From: an uncultured Alphaproteobacteria bacterium
GTDB taxonomy: Bacteria; Pseudomonadota; Alphaproteobacteria; Rhizobiales; Xanthobacteraceae
Direction of reading: 5' to 3'
Assembly: GCA_963805375.1 (NCBI GenBank)
Contig: CAWDUB010000008.1
Location: 368,069 to 432,068, forward strand
Length of the DNA: 64,000 nucleotides
The notes under the pieces were generated by a model that was given only the letters and a program-made list of their open reading frames with translations, was not told the origin of the DNA and made no database searches. The translations under genes and the position numbers were made by a program. This document shows positions 57,241-64,000 of this stretch, piece by piece. Numbering within the stretch: the first letter of the stretch is position 1; every line of letters starts with the position of its first letter.

Positions 57241-57329
57241 GAAGATGCCGGATTGCTAAAGGCTCCCGGCACGCTTGGCAACGGGGCGCCGAAGGGCCGA
57301 CACTACAGACCATTGCAGTGGGAAAGGCC

Positions 57330-58595
57330 ATGGCAGTACAGCGGCCGCGAGTCGTCATCGTCGGCGCCGGTTTTGGCGGCCTCAACGCCGCCGAGGCGCT
57401 GCGCCGTGCCGCCGCCGACGTAATCTTGATCGACCGCAGCAACCACCACTGCTTCCAGCCGCTGCTCTATCAGGTGGCGACGGCGGCGCTGTCGCCAGCG
57501 GACGTGGCTTGGCCGATCCGCCACATCCTGCGCACGCAGGAGAACGTGACGGTGCTGATGGAAGAGGTCAGCGGCGTCGATACCGAGAAGAAACTGCTGC
57601 ACACGAATTTCGGCGACGTGCCGTATGACTATCTGGTGATCGCGACCGGCGCGACGCACGCTTACTTCGGCCACGACGAATGGGAGACCTTCGCGCCGGG
57701 CCTCAAGCGCATCGAAGACGCCACCCGCATCCGCCGCAGTATCCTCATCGCCTTCGAACGCGCCGAACTGCATAACGACGCGGCCGAGCGCCGCCGGCTG
57801 CTCACCTTTGTCATTGTCGGCGGCGGCGCCACCGGCGTCGAAATGTCCGGCGCCATCGCCGAGATCGCACGGCAGACGCTCGCTGCCGATTTCCGCCGCA
57901 TCGATCCGCGCAGTGCCAGCATCGTGCTGGTCGAGGCCGGCCCGCGTCTGTTGTCATCCTTCCCGCCCCATCAGTCCGACTATGTACGTTCGGTGCTCGA
58001 GCGCGCCGGTGTCGAGGTTAAAACGGATACCAAAGTAACCCGTTGCGATGCCCGCGGCGTCGACACCGACGGCGGCAGGATCGACGCCGACACGATCATC
58101 TGGGCTGCCGGCGTCGTCGCTTCGCCGGCCGCGCGCTGGCTCGGCGCCGAGGCCGACCGCGCCGGCCGCGTGAAAGTGAATCCCGATCTGTCGGTGCCCG
58201 GGCATCCGGAAATATTCGTGATTGGCGATACGGCGACGGTCGCCGACCGCCCAGTCCCCGGCATGGCGTCGGCGGCCAAGCAGATGGGCAAATATATCGG
58301 CAAGCTGATTGCCGTGCGTATCGCCGGGCGTGCGGACGTTGGCCCATTCCGCTATGTGCGTCTCGGCGAATTGGCGGCGATCGGCCGTCGCGCCGCGGTG
58401 GTGAAACTCGGCCGGTTGCAGCTGCGCGGATTTATCGGCTGGCTGTTCTGGAGCGTCTTGCACATTTATTTCCTGATCGGCCTGCGTAACCGATTTGTCG
58501 TCGCCTTCACCTGGCTATGGAGCTATCTCACCTTCCAGCGCGGCGCGCGGCTGATCACCGGTCCCGAACCGCCACCACCACCACCGCCGACGTGA
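57330..58595 (+). CDS. ndh: Type II NADH dehydrogenase-like FAD/NAD oxidoreductase
   Basis: [31 protein letters not shown]. Confidence 0.85.
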   Translation: MAVQRPRVVIVGAGFGGLNAAEALRRAAADVILIDRSNHHCFQPLLYQVATAALSPADVAWPIRHILRTQENVTVLMEEVSGVDTEKKLLHTNFGDVPYDYLVIATGATHAYFGHDEWETFAPGLKRIEDATRIRRSILIAFERAELHNDAAERRRLLTFVIVGGGATGVEMSGAIAEIARQTLAADFRRIDPRSASIVLVEAGPRLLSSFPPHQSDYVRSVLERAGVEVKTDTKVTRCDARGVDTDGGRIDADTIIWAAGVVASPAARWLGAEADRAGRVKVNPDLSVPGHPEIFVIGDTATVADRPVPGMASAAKQMGKYIGKLIAVRIAGRADVGPFRYVRLGELAAIGRRAAVVKLGRLQLRGFIGWLFWSVLHIYFLIGLRNRFVVAFTWLWSYLTFQRGARLITGPEPPPPPPPT

Positions 58596-58669
58596 CGCGC
58601 GGCTGGCGTTCTGTGCATAGATTTGTGAAAATGCCGCGCCGGACAAAAATGCGCTGAAGGAGCCTCCGC

Positions 58670-59734
58670 GTGAGCGAGCCGTCCTCGACCAAGACCAACC
58701 CCGGCAATTTTTTCGAGGATTTCCGCCTCGGCCAGCAAATCCGGCACGCCACCCCGCGCACGGTCAGCGTCGGCGACGTGGCGCTTTATCATGGGCTGTT
58801 CGGGGCGCGCTTTGCCGTACAGGCATCCGATACTTTCGCGCAATCGATCGGATATCCGCGCTCGCCGCTCGACGATTTTCTGGTGTTCCACATGGTGTTC
58901 GGCAAGACCGTGCCCGACATCTCGCTCAACGCGGTGGCCAATCTCGGTTATGCCGATTGCCAATTCTTGAAACCGGTCTATCCCGGCGACACGCTCAACG
59001 CCGTTTCCGAAGTCATCGGGCTGAAGGAAAACTCCAACCGCAAGACCGGCATCGTCTATGTGCGCTCGCGTGGCTTCGACCAGGACGGCGACGCGGTGCT
59101 CGACTATGTGCGCTGGGTGATGGTGCGCAAGCGCGACGAGGCAACGCCGGCGCCCGCTGAACAAGTGCCCGAACTGCCGAAGCAGGTTAACGTGTCCAAG
59201 CTTGGCGCCGCCTGTCCGCCGATCGACGCAACGGCCTACGACTCGGTGCTCGCCGGCAGCCTTAATCGTTTCGGCGACTACAAAGCCGGCGAAAAAATCG
59301 ACCACGTCGACGGCATCACCGTGGAAGAAGCCGAGCACATGATCGCGACGCGGCTTTATCACAACACCGCGCGTATCCATTTCAACCAGTTCGCCGAAAG
59401 CAAAGGCCGCTTCGGCCGCCGGCTGATCTATGGCGGCCACGTCATTTCATTGGCGCGCGCGCTGTCGTTCAACGGACTTGCCAACGCCTTCCATGTGGCG
59501 GCGATCAATGGCGGGCGCCACGTGGCGCCGCTGTTCGCCGGCTTGACGGTGTTCGCCTGGTCCGAAGTGCTTGAAACCGCCGAACTGCCCGGCCGCAAGG
59601 ACGTCGGCGCGCTGCGCCTGCGCACCGTCGCCACCAAGGACCGGCCCTGCCCCGACTTTCCCTTCAAGGACGGCGACGACTACGACCCGGCGGTGATCCT
59701 CGATCTCGATTACTGGGTGCTGATGCCGCGCTGA
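58670..59734 (+). CDS. Double hot-dog MaoC dehydratase (mesaconyl-CoA hydratase-like)
   Basis: KTNPGNFFEDF, GKTVPDISLNAVANLGY, YGGHVISLARALSFNGL. Confidence 0.82.
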   Translation: MSEPSSTKTNPGNFFEDFRLGQQIRHATPRTVSVGDVALYHGLFGARFAVQASDTFAQSIGYPRSPLDDFLVFHMVFGKTVPDISLNAVANLGYADCQFLKPVYPGDTLNAVSEVIGLKENSNRKTGIVYVRSRGFDQDGDAVLDYVRWVMVRKRDEATPAPAEQVPELPKQVNVSKLGAACPPIDATAYDSVLAGSLNRFGDYKAGEKIDHVDGITVEEAEHMIATRLYHNTARIHFNQFAESKGRFGRRLIYGGHVISLARALSFNGLANAFHVAAINGGRHVAPLFAGLTVFAWSEVLETAELPGRKDVGALRLRTVATKDRPCPDFPFKDGDDYDPAVILDLDYWVLMPR

Positions 59735-59735
59735 G

Positions 59736-60320
59736 CTAGACCGCCGCATCCGGAAGATCTTCGGGAAACTCTTCCGCCGTTTGAAGATCGGGGCCGTCCA
59801 CCAACTCAATCAGCTCGTAGTAAAGCGTTTTGTAGCTGAGGAAAACGACGCCCGCCGCTTTCATGCGCTCGATGGCGGCTGCGACATTCTGCGCCGAGGA
59901 GAATATCAATTCCTCCACCACGAAAACGTCGTATCCGAGGTCGAGCAGACCGAGGCACGATTGCAGCACGCAGACATCGGTTTCACAGCCCGCCACGATT
60001 GCCTGCCGCTTTTTCAAGCGCGCGAGATAAGCTTTGATCGTCTTGTCCTTGCAGAGATCGAAAGTGTTTTTTTCGAAAGTTCGGGCACGATTTCCTAAAT
60101 GGCGGCCGATCTCCTTCGGCAACGTTCCCTTACGATCGACCGGGTGCTCGAGCGTCACGACAATCGGGATGCGGAAATAGTCGAGCAGACGAGCGAGATT
60201 GCCGGTATTCGTCTTGATGCGGGAACCGAGACGCTTGTCGATCTGCGCCAGGAAAAACCCCTGGACATCGACAATCACACCGCAGCAGCGATCCGGGTCG
60301 ACGCGCTTTGCCGTTTTCAT
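59736..60320 (-). CDS. Isochorismatase family hydrolase
   Basis: IVDVQ, FEKNTF, AGCETDVCVLQS. Confidence 0.82.
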   Translation of the reverse strand: MKTAKRVDPDRCCGVIVDVQGFFLAQIDKRLGSRIKTNTGNLARLLDYFRIPIVVTLEHPVDRKGTLPKEIGRHLGNRARTFEKNTFDLCKDKTIKAYLARLKKRQAIVAGCETDVCVLQSCLGLLDLGYDVFVVEELIFSSAQNVAAAIERMKAAGVVFLSYKTLYYELIELVDGPDLQTAEEFPEDLPDAAV

Positions 60321-60466
60321 ATCGCTACCGTTGGGCTTGCCAATTCGACGAGCGTGTTAAGTCTGTCAGCGGAATTGTGCCATATCCGCCGGCCCCGCCG
60401 CTACAGTTGCAAAATATCGCGCGGCATGTTGCAACCTCCGTTCGACGACGCGTCAGCGGGAATACA

Positions 60467-62263
60467 ATGTCCAAGAAGCACGCCTACATCCTCGGCATAA
60501 ACGCCTACGACCACGACGTGAGCGCCTGTCTGCTGCGCGACGGCGAGATCGCGTTTGGCATCGAGAAGGAACGCATCACGCGCGAAAAACACGCCGGCGG
60601 GTTTTTCCAGGAGGTCGTCGATTATCTGTTGCAGGCCGAGGGCATCACGCTCGACGACGTCGATCTGGTGGTGCGCAATTGCTACGTGCTGCCGGTCGAA
60701 GAGCTGGAAATGCGCACGGTTTACCAGGGCGACATGAACGCCCGCGAGCGCGAACAGACGCGCAACAGCCCGCTCTTTCTGCCCAAGTCAAACAAGGTGA
60801 TGACGGTCTCGCATCATCTCGCCCACGCCTACAGTGCCTTCGCCGTCTGCCCGTTCGAGGAAGGCGTGGTCATGATCGTCGACGGCGTCGGCAGCTACAG
60901 CGCGGACGTCAAGGAGCCGGGACAGCTTACCGAGGGCGTCAATCCGCTCGCCCGCGAATCCGAGAGCTATTACCGGTTTAAAGGTACCGAGCTCGAGACG
61001 CTGAAAAAGGTCTGGCTTGAGCCATGCCGCGGACTTCTCAGCGACGAATTCATCAACATGGACGGCCTCGGCGCGCTTTACAGCCGCGTCTCCAGCTACA
61101 TCTTCGCCGACTGGAACAAATGCGGCGAAGTCATGGGGCTCGCACCTTACGGCCGACCGGACAATTTCCGGAGGCTGCTGGAAATGAAAGATGGCGAGCT
61201 TCACGTTCCGCAATGGGACGCAAGTTTCAACCAGCCCTGGACGCCAGACGGAACGGAGAAGTGGGAAGACCATCCCGCCATGCCGCATTGGGAAGACATG
61301 GCTTGGCGTGTTCAACACGACGCCGAGGAAGTTCTGCTCGAACGCGCACGCTGGCTGCGTGAAACCACCGGCGCCAAGAACCTGTGCCTTGCCGGCGGCG
61401 TGGCGCTAAATTGCGTCGCTAACGGACGCATCATCCGCGAAGCGGGATTCGACAACGTCTGGATTCAGCCGGCGGCCGGCGACAACGGCATCTCAATCGG
61501 CTGCGCCTATTACGGCCACTTGGCAATACAAAAAAAACCGCGCAGCTTTGTGATGAAGCAGGCCACGCTCGGCGCTGAATACGGTGACGACGTCGCGCGC
61601 CGCGCCGGTAATCCGCTGCTGATCAGCCGTAAGACGTTCAACGGCGCCGACAATGGCATCTGCCGTGAATCGGCGAAGCTGCTGGCGGACGGCAAGGTGT
61701 TCGGCTGGTTCCAGGGCCGCGCCGAGTTCGGACCGCGCGCGCTCGGCAACCGCAGTATTCTCGGCGATCCGCGCCGGCCCGAGATGAAAGATATCTTGAA
61801 CCGGCGCGTAAAATTTAGGCAGGCCTTCCGTCCCTTTGCGCCGATCGTGACTTACGAAAAGGCCAAGGACATTTTCGTCGGTGAGGACGAATCGCCGTTC
61901 ATGCTGCGCGCCAAACATGTACGGCCGGAGTGGAAAGACCGCATTCCGGCCATCGTGCATGTCGACGGCACAGCCCGCGTGCAAACGGTGCGGCGCGAGC
62001 ATAACGAACGGATTTACGATCTACTGACCGAATTCGAGAAGCTGACCGGCGTCCCCGTCCTGATCAATACGTCGTTCAATATCAAGGGAGAGCCCATCGT
62101 CGAGACGCCGCAGGACGCGATGAACTGTTTCATCTATACCGGGATCGACTATCTCGCACTGCACAACACGTTGGTGTCAAAGAACGTGCTCTATCGAATT
62201 TTATCGCCATTCATAAAAGTTTATTACGAATCGATGGCTCGCGGACGGGACGAGACCGATTAA
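60467..62263 (+). CDS. Carbamoyltransferase (NodU/CmcH family)
   Basis: HHLAHAYSAF, VDGVG, AGGVALNCVAN, EFGPRALGNRS, NTSFN. Confidence 0.93.
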   Translation: MSKKHAYILGINAYDHDVSACLLRDGEIAFGIEKERITREKHAGGFFQEVVDYLLQAEGITLDDVDLVVRNCYVLPVEELEMRTVYQGDMNAREREQTRNSPLFLPKSNKVMTVSHHLAHAYSAFAVCPFEEGVVMIVDGVGSYSADVKEPGQLTEGVNPLARESESYYRFKGTELETLKKVWLEPCRGLLSDEFINMDGLGALYSRVSSYIFADWNKCGEVMGLAPYGRPDNFRRLLEMKDGELHVPQWDASFNQPWTPDGTEKWEDHPAMPHWEDMAWRVQHDAEEVLLERARWLRETTGAKNLCLAGGVALNCVANGRIIREAGFDNVWIQPAAGDNGISIGCAYYGHLAIQKKPRSFVMKQATLGAEYGDDVARRAGNPLLISRKTFNGADNGICRESAKLLADGKVFGWFQGRAEFGPRALGNRSILGDPRRPEMKDILNRRVKFRQAFRPFAPIVTYEKAKDIFVGEDESPFMLRAKHVRPEWKDRIPAIVHVDGTARVQTVRREHNERIYDLLTEFEKLTGVPVLINTSFNIKGEPIVETPQDAMNCFIYTGIDYLALHNTLVSKNVLYRILSPFIKVYYESMARGRDETD

Positions 62264-62504
62264 GCGTATCGTATCGCGGACCCGTACAGCCAAATAAGGC
62301 ACGTTGATAGTTGCAGGCGGGCCCGGATTTCTTTGCTTGTAGAACCGTTCCAGGCTGTGTACGTTTCTAGACGCTTAGGGCGACCGCGGATTTATGAACG
62401 CAGGATGAATGCGCCGGTCATATGAGCGTCGATTTAGCTGGGCTACTGTTGACGTAAGGCCGCGTTCGTCTCGTCTTGGTTCAATTGAAAGGGAGGTAAC
62501 CCGT

Positions 62505-62708
62505 ATGCAGAGACTTCTCGTAGCGTCGCTGATGGCCTTGTTCTTCGGGCTGTTCAGCATGCCGGTCGTGCAGGCCGCCACAGCCAATGGCGCTGGGCTG
62601 AGCACGGCTGCCAAATCCGTCTCTCCCCTCGAACAGGTGCAAAGGCGTCGTCGTCGTCGCCGTTGCGTTCACCACCGCCGCTCGCGCAGGCGTTGCTGGT
62701 GGTGGTAG
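62505..62708 (+). CDS. Small secreted Arg-rich peptide precursor (67 aa)
   Basis: Strong ggagg SD; signal peptide; core RRRRRRRCVHHRRSRRRCWWW; followed by a terminator. Confidence 0.75.
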   Translation: MQRLLVASLMALFFGLFSMPVVQAATANGAGLSTAAKSVSPLEQVQRRRRRRRCVHHRRSRRRCWWW

Positions 62709-62730
62709 AATCCTAATCAGGGATTTTTCC

Positions 62731-62770
62731 ACGGGCCGCGGGCGATAAGCCTGCGGCCCGTTTGCTTTTG
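62731..62770 (+). terminator. Intrinsic terminator
   Basis: acgggccgcgggc-gataa-gcctgcggcccgt followed by ttgctttt. Confidence 0.72.
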
Positions 62771-62778
62771 CGTACTAC

Positions 62779-63846
62779 TCACCGCCCATGACGCAGCATC
62801 GCCAAAGGCAGCGCGCCGGCGCCGTGATCTTCGTCCAATGCAAGCGAGAAACATGCTTCGTAGTCGGCCGCCGGAATGCGACGGCTGGTGGCGCAGCGGT
62901 CGAAAACCGCGAGGTCCTTCGGGCTGCGGTATTCCATGTAGGGCTCCAGCACAAAGCGCGAGCCGTCGGCAAAGCTTCCGTAGCGGTCGATCTGGCCTTT
63001 TAAATAGGGCGCGACCGCAAGAATGGCCTCGCGGAATGATTCGCCCTCGATAAAATTGTCGGGCATCTGGTCGAAAGGGCCGTCCAGATAATTGTTCGCC
63101 TCCACATTGTCGTGGAAGACGCCGATCATGATTTTTCGATCGCGATGTTGATCCCGGTAAACCGCAAATCCAGTGCGCTTGCCGATGAGAATACGGCCGC
63201 CGCCGACGGGCGCCGGCACGAACACGTCGGCGGGCTTGATCGTTTCGTCGAGAATGAAATGAAACAATTTCAGCTTGGCATTGAAGACCAGAAAAAACCT
63301 CACCCCGGACTCGTCGAAGATCGGACCGATGAATCGATCATCCGGGCCAAGCACGGCGGCCGGCGGCTTCACGTTTGACAAATCGTTGAGCGCGAAGACG
63401 ACGCTTTTTGTCTTGTATGTTATCCGGTAGGCCAGCGGCTCGATCTTTTCCACCGTCACGCCCTGCGCCGAGCCGACGACAAGATCGGTGCCCGGTGCGT
63501 CGGGCAGCCAGGTGGCCCGGTCCTCGTAGTACGCGAACGCAACTTTTCCTTCCGCGCGCAGTTGCGGGACGAGCTTGATATTGCCGGCATAACGGACGCC
63601 GTTGAGGTCAAAGGCGAAGTAATAGTGGTTTTCGGTCGGATAGACTTTGACCCGCTCGGGCAGACTGTCGAGCACATAGGCAAAGACCGCCATGGGATCA
63701 CCGACTGCCAGGCTGCTCTTGCGCGCGAGGTCTTCCACATAGGCTTGGTTAGTGATGAGTGGCGGCTTTGCATCCTGCGCTGCCGCGCGCGCCGCCATGC
63801 CGGCGAGCACCATGGCGGCGCAAAGAGAGATCGTCAATCGGCGCAT
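62779..63846 (-). CDS. Secreted hypothetical protein
   Basis: Signal peptide; long ORF with host-like codons (VYPTENHYYF, DGPFDQMPDNF). Confidence 0.72.
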   Translation of the reverse strand: MRRLTISLCAAMVLAGMAARAAAQDAKPPLITNQAYVEDLARKSSLAVGDPMAVFAYVLDSLPERVKVYPTENHYYFAFDLNGVRYAGNIKLVPQLRAEGKVAFAYYEDRATWLPDAPGTDLVVGSAQGVTVEKIEPLAYRITYKTKSVVFALNDLSNVKPPAAVLGPDDRFIGPIFDESGVRFFLVFNAKLKLFHFILDETIKPADVFVPAPVGGGRILIGKRTGFAVYRDQHRDRKIMIGVFHDNVEANNYLDGPFDQMPDNFIEGESFREAILAVAPYLKGQIDRYGSFADGSRFVLEPYMEYRSPKDLAVFDRCATSRRIPAADYEACFSLALDEDHGAGALPLAMLRHGR

Positions 63847-64000
63847 CGCGGACCTCGGATGACAAAGGATGCTCATGAGATCGTCAGTTCATGCTCTTTT
63901 CGTGTCCGCCGCAATTCGGCGATGGATTTTTGTTTGCATGCTCGGCCGCGCTGCCCGAATTGCAATCAGACGCTCGCCCTCAAGTGATCCACGAGTTGCC

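Noticed and set aside
58566-58592. (CCA)n run encoding poly-Pro at the end of ndh
   Set aside because: Short in-frame trinucleotide run at the extreme C-terminus; no evidence of phase variation.

Overview
High-GC alphaproteobacterial core-genome segment (Hyphomicrobiales; inferred Xanthobacteraceae/Nitrobacteraceae-like from gene order). It carries the mdh-sucC-sucD-sucA-sucB-lpdA TCA operon, zapE, tesA/ybbA/ybbP, acnA, ccmABCDG, yciB-ftsY, mtaB-dapF, ffh-rpsP-rimM-trmD-rplS, leuC, leuD, leuB and asd, plus interspersed accessory genes. There are no rRNA, tRNA or CRISPR loci. The main unexplained structure is a dense set of palindromic elements. (A) A DUF559 (Vsr-like) endonuclease gene bracketed by ~50-bp double-hairpin terminal inverted repeats sits between sucC and sucD and overlaps both neighbours' stop/start codons. 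Four gene-less copies of the same arms occur at other gene junctions, suggesting an autonomous/non-autonomous mobile family. (B) Eight GTCAT/GTCGT-terminated REP-like elements. (C) A lower-GC LysR cargo bracketed by ATGTCCG..CGGAC repeat units arranged like an integrated cassette. Three single-base frameshifts (sucA, sucB, DUF6629-like gene) and about seven odd substitutions all fall on GANTC (CcrM) sites, most likely methylation-induced sequencing errors rather than pseudogenes. Product calls come from recognised motifs and synteny; no database searches were run.
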